A DNA stretch of 64,000 nt from an uncultured delta proteobacterium (lineage in GTDB: Bacteria; Desulfobacterota; WTBG01). Each line of letters opens with the position of its first letter. Position 1 is the first letter of the stretch. The position numbers and the translations under genes are program-made. The notes beneath the pieces are model-generated. The model saw only the letters and a list, made by a program, of their open reading frames with translations. It was not told where the DNA came from and made no database searches. Of the stretch, positions 17,792 through 27,432 are shown one piece after another. The stretch is from positions 1-64,000 of the forward strand of contig CAWCBP010000011.1 in assembly GCA_963793865.1 (NCBI GenBank), read 5' to 3'.

Positions 17792-19588
17792 TTACTTCTT
17801 CTTGGCAGGAATGTTGATGCCCAGTCCCTCAACGTCAAGGGCCGCTTCCATCAGGCCTTCGGACAGGGTCGGATGGGCATGAATGGTCCGGCCGAATTCC
17901 TCGACGGTTGCCTCCATCTGGATGCCCAGCACCGCCTCGGCGATAAGCTCGGTGGCCTGCAGGCCGTACATGTGCACACCGACCACCTCCCCGTATTTCG
18001 GCTCGGCGATGACCTTTACCATGCCGTTGGTGTCTCCCATGGTCAGCGCCCTGCCGCTTGCGACCAGGGGGAATCTTCCGATCTTCACCTGCCCGTATTT
18101 CTCCTTTGCCTCCTGCTCGGTCAACCCCACGCCTGCCAGCTCCGGTGAGGTATAGAGGCAGCGGGGCGCCGCCCGGTAGCTCATCTTCTTGGGCATACCC
18201 AGCGCGTTTTCCACCGCGCACACGCCCTCGGCGGTTGCAACGTGGGCATACATCAGGCCCCCGATCACATCTCCGATGGCATAGACCGTGGGGCTGGAGG
18301 TCTGCATGGTATTGCTGACGGTGATGGCCCCGTCCGCGGCCGTTTTGATGCCCAGCTTTTCAATGCCCAGGCCCGCATAGAACGGCTTCTGCTTGCCTCC
18401 GCAGAGAATCTTTTCCGCGGTCACTGTTTTCTCACCGCTTGCGTCGGCATAGGTGAGGCTCAGTTCGCTGCCTGCGGCCGCTATTCTCTTGATCTGCGCC
18501 TGGGTGATGACGGCTATACCATCCTTGATCATCCCGTTGGCATAGCTTTTGACCAGCTCGGCATCTTCACCCTGGAGGATTTGCGCGCCGCTCTCCACGA
18601 GGGTGACCTGTACCCCCATGCTGTGGAATATCTGGGCAAACTCCACCCCGAAGATGTGGCTTCCCAGGATGATGATGGACTTGGGCAGCGCGGTAAGCTC
18701 CAGGGCGTCGTCCGTGGTGATGACCCCGGGCAGGTCGATGCCTTCGCATGAAGGCTTTGCGGGAACCGAGCCGGTGGCAATGATCAGCCGGTCGGCCTTG
18801 ATCTGCTCATTGGTCTCTTTTATTACCACCGTTGAGGGGTCAGTCAGGGTGGCCGTTCCTTTTATCACTTTGACGTTGTTGCTTTTCAGAAGCGAACCCA
18901 CGCCGACCACCAGCCGCTTGACGATCTTCGCCTTCTGCTGCATGGCCCTGGGGAAATCGCATTTTATCTCACCGGCGGCCACGCCGAAGTCCTGGGCGGT
19001 TTTCATCTGGCTCAGAAAGCGGGCTGACTGCAACAGTGACTTGGTGGGAATGCACCCTCTGTTGAGGCAGGTGCCGCCCAAATCCCGGTTTTCGATGAGC
19101 GTCACCTGGGCGCCGATCTGGGCGGCCCGGATGGCCGCGGGGTACCCGCCGGGACCTCCGCCGATCACTACCACGCTGATGGTTTTGGGATCCACCGCCG
19201 GGGCGGCAGGACCGCCCTTTGCCGCGGTAATGGGGACAACCTTTTCCGCTGCTGCCGCTGCCGGTGCAGCCGCAGCCGGGGCCTGTGCTGCCGGTGCCGG
19301 CGCCGCCGCGGCGGGCTGTGCCCCTCCGGCAGCCAGCTTGTCGTATTCAGCCTTGTCGGCCGCAATGAGTCCGATCAGCTCCGCCACCGGGACCTCGGAT
19401 TCTACCGGGGAGATGATGTGCAGGATACCGTTCGCGGGCGACTCCACTTCATAGGTGATTTTTTCGGTCTCAACCACGAGCAGGATCTCCTTCTCCTTGA
19501 CCTCATCACCTTCCTTTTTTCTCCACTCAGTGATCTTACCGGTTTCCATGGTAAGGCCCAGTTTGGGCATAGTTACATTAACTGCCAT
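17792..19588 (-). CDS. lpdA: Dihydrolipoamide dehydrogenase (E3) with N-terminal lipoyl domain
   Basis: Lipoyl domain VETEKIT; GGGPGG, GGTCLNRGCIPTK, HPTLSE; atypical NAD-site GSHIFG. Confidence 0.92.
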   Translation of the reverse strand: MAVNVTMPKLGLTMETGKITEWRKKEGDEVKEKEILLVVETEKITYEVESPANGILHIISPVESEVPVAELIGLIAADKAEYDKLAAGGAQPAAAAPAPAAQAPAAAAPAAAAAEKVVPITAAKGGPAAPAVDPKTISVVVIGGGPGGYPAAIRAAQIGAQVTLIENRDLGGTCLNRGCIPTKSLLQSARFLSQMKTAQDFGVAAGEIKCDFPRAMQQKAKIVKRLVVGVGSLLKSNNVKVIKGTATLTDPSTVVIKETNEQIKADRLIIATGSVPAKPSCEGIDLPGVITTDDALELTALPKSIIILGSHIFGVEFAQIFHSMGVQVTLVESGAQILQGEDAELVKSYANGMIKDGIAVITQAQIKRIAAAGSELSLTYADASGEKTVTAEKILCGGKQKPFYAGLGIEKLGIKTAADGAITVSNTMQTSSPTVYAIGDVIGGLMYAHVATAEGVCAVENALGMPKKMSYRAAPRCLYTSPELAGVGLTEQEAKEKYGQVKIGRFPLVASGRALTMGDTNGMVKVIAEPKYGEVVGVHMYGLQATELIAEAVLGIQMEATVEEFGRTIHAHPTLSEGLMEAALDVEGLGINIPAKKK

Positions 19589-19634
19589 GTTCTCGTTCAC
19601 TCCTTTCGTTTCGCTTCGCTCCTGCTTTCCTTCC

Positions 19635-21050
19635 TTACGCAAGACAGAGCATGGGGTTTTCAATGAAGAGTTTAAGGGTCTGCATAAAGCGGCCGGCCTC
19701 GGCCCCGTCAATGGTGCGGTGGTCGTAGGTGAGGCCCACGTTCATGATGGGCCGTACCACGATCTGCCCGTTAACAACCCAGGGCTTATCGATGATTGCC
19801 CCAACGGCCAGGATGGCGTTTTCCGGCTGGTTGACAATGGCATAAAATTCTTCCAGCCCGAACATGCCCATGGCCGAGAGGGTAAAGGTGCTTCCCTTCA
19901 TGTCGTCCGGCGTCAGCTTGCCGGTCCGGCCGCGATCGACGAGCGACGCCCGGTCCTTGGCGATCTCGACGACCGATTTTTTATCAATGTTCCAGATGAC
20001 CGGGACAATGAGCCCGTCCTTGAGGGACATGGCCATTCCCATGTGAATGTCCTTCAGCCAGAGGTCTCCCTCATCGGTATAGCGGGTATTGATGACCGGA
20101 TGGGCCTTGATGGCGCAGGCGGTTATTTTCATCATGATGTCGGTGATGGTCACGCGCACTTTAAACTTCTTTTCGGCGTAGGCAAGCAGCTGCTCCCGGA
20201 ATGCCTGGATGGCGGAGGCATCACAGTTGTTGGACATGTACGCCTGAGCGGCCTGGACCTTGCTCTGGAGCATCTTCTGGGCGATGATTTTCCTCATGCC
20301 GGTGAATTTGACCAGCTTGTCCTCTTCCGCCGGCTTCCCCGCGGCCTTGGCGGCAGCCGGCTGGGCTGCCCCTGCGGCAGGGGCTTGGGCAGTCCTGGCG
20401 GCGGCGGCAAAAGACTCGATGTCTTCCTTGACGATCCTGCCGCCCGGTCCCGTTCCCTTGACCCGGGCGATGTCCACTCCCATCTCTTCCGCCATCTTCT
20501 TCGCCACCGGGGTGATGGGGATGCGTGAGGACGGCGCGCTTGCCTCGTAGGCCAGGACATCCTTCCGGATTATTCTTCCCTCCGGGCCGGTTCCGGCGAT
20601 GAGGCTTATATCCAGGTCCTTTTCCCGCGCCAGCCTTTTTGCCAGGGGCGAGGCTTTTACCCGCTCGCCCGGCGTCCTGACCGGGGCCGGCGGAGCCGCG
20701 GCCGCGGGAGCAGATGCGGCGGCGGGTGCTGCGGCTGCGGCCGGCGCGCCGGCTGAGGGAGCCGCAGCCGGCTTTGCGGCCGCACCTCCGGCGCTGAGGG
20801 AATCATACTCGGCCTTGTCGGCCGCTATCATTCCGATGAGTTCGGCAACCGGGACCTCGGATTCAACCGGGGAAATAATATGGAGCATGCCGGAGGCGGG
20901 GGACTCCACCTCGTAGGTGATCTTTTCCGTTTCAACCACCAGCAGTATTTCCTTCTCCTGGACCTGGTCGCCTTCCTTTTTTCTCCACTCAATGATCTTA
21001 CCTGTTTCCATGGTAAGGCCCAGTTTGGGCATGGTTACATTTGTTGCCAT
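19635..21050 (-). CDS. Dihydrolipoamide acyltransferase (E2): one lipoyl domain, two subunit-binding domains
   Basis: VETEKIT; ASPLAKRLA…GTGPEGRI and ITPVAKKMA…GTGPGGRI; YDHRTIDG. Confidence 0.93.
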   Translation of the reverse strand: MATNVTMPKLGLTMETGKIIEWRKKEGDQVQEKEILLVVETEKITYEVESPASGMLHIISPVESEVPVAELIGMIAADKAEYDSLSAGGAAAKPAAAPSAGAPAAAAAPAAASAPAAAAPPAPVRTPGERVKASPLAKRLAREKDLDISLIAGTGPEGRIIRKDVLAYEASAPSSRIPITPVAKKMAEEMGVDIARVKGTGPGGRIVKEDIESFAAAARTAQAPAAGAAQPAAAKAAGKPAEEDKLVKFTGMRKIIAQKMLQSKVQAAQAYMSNNCDASAIQAFREQLLAYAEKKFKVRVTITDIMMKITACAIKAHPVINTRYTDEGDLWLKDIHMGMAMSLKDGLIVPVIWNIDKKSVVEIAKDRASLVDRGRTGKLTPDDMKGSTFTLSAMGMFGLEEFYAIVNQPENAILAVGAIIDKPWVVNGQIVVRPIMNVGLTYDHRTIDGAEAGRFMQTLKLFIENPMLCLA

Positions 21051-21103
21051 AAAAACTCCTTTCCTCCTTGCATCGTGTTCAGCACGCGCGTCGTGGTGAG
21101 CTT

Positions 21104-22087
21104 CTAGCCGATCATCTCTTTCACCTTTGCGACCAGTTTCTCAGCATCCGGCAGATAGTGCTTTTCAAGCGCGGGCTGGAAGGCTATGTGGGTAAAGGGA
21201 GCGGCAACGCGTGCAACCGGCGCATCAAGCCAGTCGAACAGGTCCTCCTGAAGGGCGGCGGCGATTTCGGCGCCGCATCCCATTATCTTCTTGGCCTCGT
21301 GAATGATCACGCAGCGGCTGGTTTTCTTCACCGATGCATAGATGGTTTCCATGTCAAAGGGATTGACGGTGAGCAGGTCAATCAGCTCCGCTTTAATGCC
21401 GCTTCCTTCCAGGACGGAAACGGCCTTCTCCGCCTCAGCCAGCATCCGGCCGATGCTCACGATGGTGATGTCCGTTCCCTCTTTCACCACCTGCGCCTTG
21501 CCGATGGGGGTAATGTAGTCGCCATCGGGCATCATCGCCTTGAGCCTGTAAGATTGCAGCGGCTCAACGTAGAGCACGGGGTTGTCATCCCTGATGGCCG
21601 CCTTCATCAACCCCTTGGCGTTTACCGGGTTGCTGGGCATGACCACCTTCAGCCCGGGCATGCTGGCAAACCAGCCTTCCAGGGATGAAGAGTGGTGGGG
21701 GCCTGCGCCAAAGCCGCCGGCGGTCATTGCCCGGACCACCATGGGTAATTTGACCTGCCCGCCGAACATCCAGCGCATCTTTGATGCCTGGTTGTAAAAC
21801 TCCTCAACGGCGAGGGTGATGAAGTTCATGAACATGATTTCCGCCACCGGACGGAGCCCCGCGGCCGAAGCGCCGCAGCAGAGCCCGACGATTGCTCCTT
21901 CGCTGATGGGGGTGTCAACGCAGCGCTCGGGACCGAATTCGTTGATCAGGCCGCGGGTCACGCCGAACGGCCCGCCCGGCTTGCCCACATCCTCCCCGAC
22001 GATAAACACCGTCGGGTCCCTGCGCATCTCTTCTGCTATGCCGTGGTTAATAGCCCACTGAAAATTCAAGGGTTTTTTATCTGCCAT
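21104..22087 (-). CDS. 2-oxoacid/acetoin dehydrogenase E1 beta subunit
   Basis: GEDVG, DTPISE, GPHHS, DNPV. Confidence 0.93.
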   Translation of the reverse strand: MADKKPLNFQWAINHGIAEEMRRDPTVFIVGEDVGKPGGPFGVTRGLINEFGPERCVDTPISEGAIVGLCCGASAAGLRPVAEIMFMNFITLAVEEFYNQASKMRWMFGGQVKLPMVVRAMTAGGFGAGPHHSSSLEGWFASMPGLKVVMPSNPVNAKGLMKAAIRDDNPVLYVEPLQSYRLKAMMPDGDYITPIGKAQVVKEGTDITIVSIGRMLAEAEKAVSVLEGSGIKAELIDLLTVNPFDMETIYASVKKTSRCVIIHEAKKIMGCGAEIAAALQEDLFDWLDAPVARVAAPFTHIAFQPALEKHYLPDAEKLVAKVKEMIG

Positions 22088-22146
22088 CTAACTGTCCTCC
22101 CGATAAATAATCATGGTTCGACTGCATGTAACTCTTTAATTGGTTC

Positions 22147-23106
22147 CTAGGCGAAGATGTCCTTGTACAGCTCGTCGACTCCCGGCTGCGGGCTCTTGCG
22201 GGCGAAGGCAACCGCCTCGTCAACATCCTTCTTTGCGGCTTCCCTGATCCTGCTGATGAACGCGTCGTCAATGACGCCTTCCTTTTTGAGCTGCTTCTCG
22301 TACAGGACGATGGGGTCCTTCTTGAGCCACTGCTCCAGCTCGCCTTCGGGGCGATAGTTGCAGGGGTCGCCTTCAAAGTGGCCGTGGTGACGGTAGGTCT
22401 TGCCTTCAATCATGTAGGGGCCTTTTCCCGCCCGGCAGTGCTTCACCGCCTTGCTCATTTCCTCGAATACCGCCTCCACATCGTTGCCGTCAATGGTGAC
22501 GCCCGGCGCGCCGTAGGCGGCGGCCCGGTCGGCGACGTTATCAATGGCGATGTGGTCCACCTTGGGGGTCATCTGGGCATAGAGGTTGATGCTGCAGACA
22601 AAGATGAGTGGCAGCTTTAAGACCGCGGCCATGTTGAACGATTCGTGAAAGGCCCCGGTGCCGGTGGCGCCTTCGCCGAAATAGACGGCGGTAACGTTGT
22701 CGGTCTTGTTGTACTTCTGGGCAAAGGCGGTGCCCAGGGCGATGCGCATGCCCTCGCCCACCACGCCGTTTGATCCCATGCAGCCGGTGGTCACGTCGGC
22801 AAAGTGCATGGAGCCCGCCCGGCCCCGGCAGCAGCCGTCAATCCGGCCGAAAAGCTCGGCCATCATGGGCTTCATATCGGCGCCCTTGGCGATGATGCAG
22901 CCGTGACCGCGATGGGTGGTGAAGATGATGTCTTCCTTGCGCAGGTTGGCGCAGGTCCCCGCGGCCATGGCATCCTCACCCTGGGAGAGGTGCAGAAATC
23001 CCGGCATCTCGCCGCCGGCGAAAATCCTGGTGGTCTCGTCTTCGAAGGTCCGCTGCCGGATCATTCTCGTAAACAGGTCAATTTTTATTTCTTTGCTTAG
23101 TTTCAT
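22147..23106 (-). CDS. 2-oxoacid/acetoin dehydrogenase E1 alpha subunit (TPP-dependent)
   Basis: GFLHLSQGED, THRGHG, GSMH, FGEGA, TYRHHGHFEGD; start MKLSKEI after GGAGG. Confidence 0.93.
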   Translation of the reverse strand: MKLSKEIKIDLFTRMIRQRTFEDETTRIFAGGEMPGFLHLSQGEDAMAAGTCANLRKEDIIFTTHRGHGCIIAKGADMKPMMAELFGRIDGCCRGRAGSMHFADVTTGCMGSNGVVGEGMRIALGTAFAQKYNKTDNVTAVYFGEGATGTGAFHESFNMAAVLKLPLIFVCSINLYAQMTPKVDHIAIDNVADRAAAYGAPGVTIDGNDVEAVFEEMSKAVKHCRAGKGPYMIEGKTYRHHGHFEGDPCNYRPEGELEQWLKKDPIVLYEKQLKKEGVIDDAFISRIREAAKKDVDEAVAFARKSPQPGVDELYKDIFA

Positions 23107-23144
23107 CGAGCATCCTCCACTTCTCTGAATAGTCAATCATCGGG

Positions 23145-23543
23145 CTAGGCGGCGGCGGAAATTTCAGCCGTCCCCTTGACACAGTCCACGCCCTTGTCAT
23201 TAGTGATGGCCATATCGCAGACCAGGATGTTTCCCTTGACTTCTTTTACCGTCAGCTTGCTGGTGATGGTGTCACCGGGCCGTACCGGGGCCCGGAATTG
23301 CAGATCAACAATTGTCCCTTCCCTGGGCCAGCTGGTTTTCTGGATGGCGCAGATGGCCTGGAGCACCGGCTCAACGTTGATGGTGCCGTGGGCGATGGTG
23401 CCCTTGAAGAGGGGATGGTCTTTCATGCCTTCCACATCCACGTGCAGCGTGTTATAGTCGCCGCAGATGTGGGCATACTGGTTTATGAGTTCCTGGGTTA
23501 CGGTGATCGTCTTTGATGTAAGTGTGTCTCCAATGGCTGCCAT
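23145..23543 (-). CDS. MaoC-family (R)-hydratase/dehydratase, catalytic-type subunit
   Basis: GDYNTLHVD…TIAHG hydratase-2 motif, FRAPVRPGDT. Confidence 0.85.
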   Translation of the reverse strand: MAAIGDTLTSKTITVTQELINQYAHICGDYNTLHVDVEGMKDHPLFKGTIAHGTINVEPVLQAICAIQKTSWPREGTIVDLQFRAPVRPGDTITSKLTVKEVKGNILVCDMAITNDKGVDCVKGTAEISAAA

Positions 23544-23567
23544 GGTAATTCTCCTCCGTTTGGCGGT

Positions 23568-24053
23568 TTACTGCATGGTTCTGGGAAGCAGAAAGCTCAT
23601 CTGGATGTCGGTTATCTTTTCACCCTTCTGGTTGGCGGCATTCATGTTGATGTAGAGAAACTTGTTGACGATGGTCTTCCCGTCCTTCTCCTTTTTCACT
23701 TCCTTTTTGTCGGCGATGGACAGCTTGGTGGTGATGGTGTCGCCGATGACCGCGGGCTTGTGAAAGGTGATGCGGTCGCCTGCGCGCACCGCCTGGTCGA
23801 TGAACACCTTGCGGTCCCAGCAGATGCGCAGGCCGAAGATGTAGATCATGCCCACCGGCACGTTGACCGCGCCCGTGTTGGGGTCGCCCATCAGCTTGGC
23901 GAATTTTTCAACCTCTTCCCTGGTTATGGTGTAGGTGCCGCCGCCGCAGTCAAACCCCGGCTCCATTTCCGCGAACTTGAGGTCGGGCAGCATCTTCTGG
24001 GGGCCGAAGCTGCTCACCAGGTTTTTCTTAAAAAGGTGCTCTAATTGTGTCAT
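23568..24053 (-). CDS. MaoC/hot-dog fold protein, likely partner subunit
   Basis: FAKLMGDPN lacking the catalytic His; FHKPAVIGDT; NQKGE. Confidence 0.7.
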   Translation of the reverse strand: MTQLEHLFKKNLVSSFGPQKMLPDLKFAEMEPGFDCGGGTYTITREEVEKFAKLMGDPNTGAVNVPVGMIYIFGLRICWDRKVFIDQAVRAGDRITFHKPAVIGDTITTKLSIADKKEVKKEKDGKTIVNKFLYINMNAANQKGEKITDIQMSFLLPRTMQ

Positions 24054-24114
24054 GACGTCATCCTCCGCTGTTGGAATTGAGATGCAGGTCTCTTTCAGCC
24101 CGGGATTGTCCCGG

Positions 24115-24597
24115 TTATTTAACTATTCTCACCTTTCCCCATCCCTCGGCATAGGGGGCCATGATGAAGAGTTTCAGCTTCATTTCGCTCATGAGCCACT
24201 TGCCGTTTACCTTCCGGTACTTGTCGTATTCAAGGCCGGCAATCCACGCCGCGCCCATGCCCTTAAGGGTGCAGGCCTGCCAGAGATACCATTTCCCGGT
24301 TGCGGTCTTTCCGTCCTTGTTGATCTTGATGATCGGCTGGAGGAAGAAATGGACGGCAAAAAGGATGTTCTTGGCCACGCCCTCAAAAAACTTCTTGATG
24401 GCCGGCCGTCCCCGGTGGACGCCGAAATCCTTGCCGCCGTCCCATACCGCGTCTTCGGTAAAAAGCTTTATCGCCTTGGGGGGATTGTACTTGTCATCAC
24501 AGACCGCGGCGTACTCCGCCTTCAGATGCTTTATGGCCTCGACGGCTTCCATAATCTCGATTCTTTTTTCCAGGGCTTGCAGTTCTTTCGCTTTCAT
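24115..24597 (-). CDS. SnoaL/NTF2-like protein (BaiE/LinA-type dehydratase family)
   Basis: IKHLKAEYAAVCDD, LFTEDAVWD, H…P, YDKYRKVNGKW. Confidence 0.8.
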   Translation of the reverse strand: MKAKELQALEKRIEIMEAVEAIKHLKAEYAAVCDDKYNPPKAIKLFTEDAVWDGGKDFGVHRGRPAIKKFFEGVAKNILFAVHFFLQPIIKINKDGKTATGKWYLWQACTLKGMGAAWIAGLEYDKYRKVNGKWLMSEMKLKLFIMAPYAEGWGKVRIVK

Positions 24598-24645
24598 GGC
24601 TCGTCTCCTCGTGTGTGAATTGATGAGTGTGATTGGGGTGAATAA

Positions 24646-25809
24646 TTATTTTTTTGTGATGTCAATCCGGTTTACATCATCACCTGCGCTGATGCTTTTG
24701 GATAATACCGCCTTGTACTGCTTGTCCGCCTTCATTTCCTTGAGGACCAGATTGATAAAATCCTGGTCACGCTTGGTCACCGCCTTGAAGTAGCTGCAGC
24801 CCTTCTTGAATCCGAATATCTGCATCACCTCGACATAGGGGTTGAGCTTGGAGGTGAGGGTCACGCTGCCATTGCTTGAGGTGACTTTATAGGGCATGTA
24901 CTTCCTGCTTTCGCAATAGGCGAGAAGCTCTGCGAGTGCTTTTGCATTGGCCGGTTTGCCTGCCCAGAGCTCGGTGCGCGCGTCCTTCGCCCAGATCGGG
25001 GGAAAGGTCCTCCAGAGGTCGAGGTAGATGGCGGTGGCTTTATCGGCGCTTACGGCGTTTTCCAGCCCCTGCCAGGCCAGGAAATCGGTGTAGAAGAATC
25101 CGAGAAAGGTGCCCGGTCCCTGGTCCTCAAGGCTCCGCTTTTGCTTCTTCAGGATATAGAGCAGCGGCTCGGTCTTTCCCATTTCCTCTTCAATGAAACG
25201 GTATTTCACTTCCGGAAGCGGCTTGTCCTTGTCGCCGTGAGGCGTGCGCATAATGATCTGACAGGCGCAGGCGGCACCGTCACGGCAGCGGCCGGTGGGA
25301 AGCTCAATCTCCACATCATCCTTGAGCCCCACTTTTTTGGCCTCGGCGATCAGCTTGCGCAGGTAGGTGTAGGTGAGATAAACCTCCTGCCGGTAGTAGT
25401 CGTTGCGGTCAAGCCGGCAGTCAGACGGACCGTAGGCGGGGTTGGCGCACCAGAGCACGTGGCCGACGTGCTCGTTCTTCTCATTTCTTTTGATTTCGTA
25501 GAGGGCGGGAACCCCGGTAAAGCAGAACTGGACAATCCTGCCGAAGGTGGGCAGATCAGGCACCTGTTTGAGATTGAGCGCCTGCATTGCGCCCTGAAAG
25601 CCGACCACCGCCAGGGCTTCCCATACCGTGCCGTAGGTGGCAAGGCCATTGTCAAATCCCAGGGCGGGCTTGAAGGTTTTCCAGATGTAGTAGACATGCC
25701 CGAACATGGAGCGAAGGGCGGCAACGGAGAGGTCCTTCAGGCTGATATCCAGCTCTTTCGCGTACTTCTGGGCAAGCGGTAAAAACGGGGAAACAATTTT
25801 TTTTGCCAT
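24646..25809 (-). CDS. Hypothetical protein, apparent tandem V4R/ATC-hydrolase-like domains
   Basis: Two halves (LGFDNGLATYGTVW / VSADKATAIYLDLW); ends CRDGAACACQII and SISAGDDVNRIDI; AGGAG RBS. Confidence 0.55.
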   Translation of the reverse strand: MAKKIVSPFLPLAQKYAKELDISLKDLSVAALRSMFGHVYYIWKTFKPALGFDNGLATYGTVWEALAVVGFQGAMQALNLKQVPDLPTFGRIVQFCFTGVPALYEIKRNEKNEHVGHVLWCANPAYGPSDCRLDRNDYYRQEVYLTYTYLRKLIAEAKKVGLKDDVEIELPTGRCRDGAACACQIIMRTPHGDKDKPLPEVKYRFIEEEMGKTEPLLYILKKQKRSLEDQGPGTFLGFFYTDFLAWQGLENAVSADKATAIYLDLWRTFPPIWAKDARTELWAGKPANAKALAELLAYCESRKYMPYKVTSSNGSVTLTSKLNPYVEVMQIFGFKKGCSYFKAVTKRDQDFINLVLKEMKADKQYKAVLSKSISAGDDVNRIDITKK

Positions 25810-25825
25810 GGCAGTGCTCCTTTCT

Positions 25826-26761
25826 TTATTTTGTTGCTTTCCTGGTTTCAGGGTCGTACCCCAGACACGCATCATACAGGTCGGTCCTGCGATCGGTTAA
25901 GGGGTTGTTAAAATCGGACCAGTGACGGTAGCGGGCCAGCATGAGATTGATCTCGGCCGACACGATCTCCGGCTTGTCCGGCGAGCCCGGGCCGGCCACA
26001 AAACCGCCGCCGGGATCGGTGATGCAGCTGTTGCCGATGAAGACGCAGTCCCGTTCCGTGCCCACGCGGTCCGCGCAGATGCTGAAGACGGCATTCATTA
26101 AAGACATCTGCTGTGCCGAATAGGCGGCGGTGGGCTTGGCCTTGGTCTGGAGGGGATCCACCACCACCCAGTTGGTGGAATCGCAGATGATGTCGGCGCC
26201 CTGGGCAACGTAAATCCGGGTCACCTCGGGGAACCAGATGTCGTAGCAGATGCGGCATCCTATTTTCCCGAATGGAAGGCTGAACACGGGGTATCCCAAA
26301 TTGCCGGGCTCAAACCACATCTTTTCCTCGTTCCAGAGATGGGTTTTGCGGTAGGTTCCGACATGCCCGTCAGGGCCTACCACCGCCACCGAATTGTAGA
26401 GGCAATTGCCCTCCCGCTCGGTAATGCCGGCGCAAATGTAGGCATCATATTTCCTGGCCATTTTGATCCACTCCCGCGTGGTCGGGCCGTCGGGAACCGG
26501 CTCAGACATGGCGAAGGCCTCTTCCCGCGAGTTGTAAATGTAGCCGGTATTGGAAAGTTCCGGCAGCACCATGAGCTTTACCCCCATCGCGCCGGCCTTT
26601 TCAATCAGCTTTAATCCCTCACTGACGGAGTATTCCTTGTCGCCGATGTGCGGTTCAAACTGAATGGCGGCAACCTTGACAAGGCTTTCCCTGCCTTTTT
26701 CACGCTTGCCCGGATAGGGCGGTATCGCTGTTTTTTTTGCGGGCGACTTGCTGGCTGGCAT
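25826..26761 (-). CDS. Carbon-nitrogen hydrolase (nitrilase/amidase superfamily)
   Basis: E-K-C triad: LPELS, YRKTHL, ICYDIWFPE. Confidence 0.92.
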   Translation of the reverse strand: MPASKSPAKKTAIPPYPGKREKGRESLVKVAAIQFEPHIGDKEYSVSEGLKLIEKAGAMGVKLMVLPELSNTGYIYNSREEAFAMSEPVPDGPTTREWIKMARKYDAYICAGITEREGNCLYNSVAVVGPDGHVGTYRKTHLWNEEKMWFEPGNLGYPVFSLPFGKIGCRICYDIWFPEVTRIYVAQGADIICDSTNWVVVDPLQTKAKPTAAYSAQQMSLMNAVFSICADRVGTERDCVFIGNSCITDPGGGFVAGPGSPDKPEIVSAEINLMLARYRHWSDFNNPLTDRRTDLYDACLGYDPETRKATK

Positions 26762-26814
26762 AGAGCGCTCCTTTCACAAGAGGTTTATAAGTGCTTACAC
26801 TTTTTATAGGCATG

Positions 26815-26900
26815 AACGTCCAACATTCAACATCCAATGAAAGTTTATTTTTTTTGGTTCAAGGTTGGACGTTGGAAGTTGAATGTTCAACGTTCATCTT
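26815..26900. repeat. ~86-bp heptamer-based inverted-repeat element (inverted copy at 59661..59747)
   Basis: aacgtccaacattcaacatccaatgaaa…gttggacgttggaagttgaatgttcaacgtt. Confidence 0.8.
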
Positions 26901-26955
26901 TTTATAGATGTCAAATATCCAAATCTATTTCTCTATCCGCCTTACGACTGCTCTC

Positions 26956-27432
26956 CTATCTCTCCTTGTAGCGGTGGGGCGTAAATAGCTTCTTCTTCAA
27001 TCCCAGGGCCGTTTCAATGCCCTGAAGAATGGCCTCGGGATTCGGCGGACAGCCGGGGATCAGGCAGCTGACCGGCAGCACCTTATCAATACCCCCGACC
27101 AGATTGTAGCTTTTTTTCCAGGGACCCCCGTCAATGGCGCACGCCCCGACGGCTATGACCGGCTTGCTGCCGGAGAGGGATTCTCTCAGCTCCCGTATTT
27201 TTTTAGCGGTGCCCCTGCTTACCGACCCCGTGACCAGGAGCAGGTCGGCGTTTTTGAGATTCCTTACCAGCACCAGCTCCAGCGGCCGGTTTTTAGCCAG
27301 CAGAAAAGAGTTGATCAGGTTGAGCACTTCCAGGTCGCATCCGTTGCAGGCGCCTACGTTGGCATGATAGCACTGCAGCACCTTTTTCACTTCAACGGGA
27401 TCGGGCAGCTCTGCCTCCGTTTTACCGTGCAT
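26956..27432 (-). CDS. Group-4 [NiFe]-hydrogenase small subunit (HycG/NuoB-like)
   Basis: GACNGCDLE, ADLLLVTG, GACAIDGG, PGCPP. Confidence 0.85.
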   Translation of the reverse strand: MHGKTEAELPDPVEVKKVLQCYHANVGACNGCDLEVLNLINSFLLAKNRPLELVLVRNLKNADLLLVTGSVSRGTAKKIRELRESLSGSKPVIAVGACAIDGGPWKKSYNLVGGIDKVLPVSCLIPGCPPNPEAILQGIETALGLKKKLFTPHRYKER

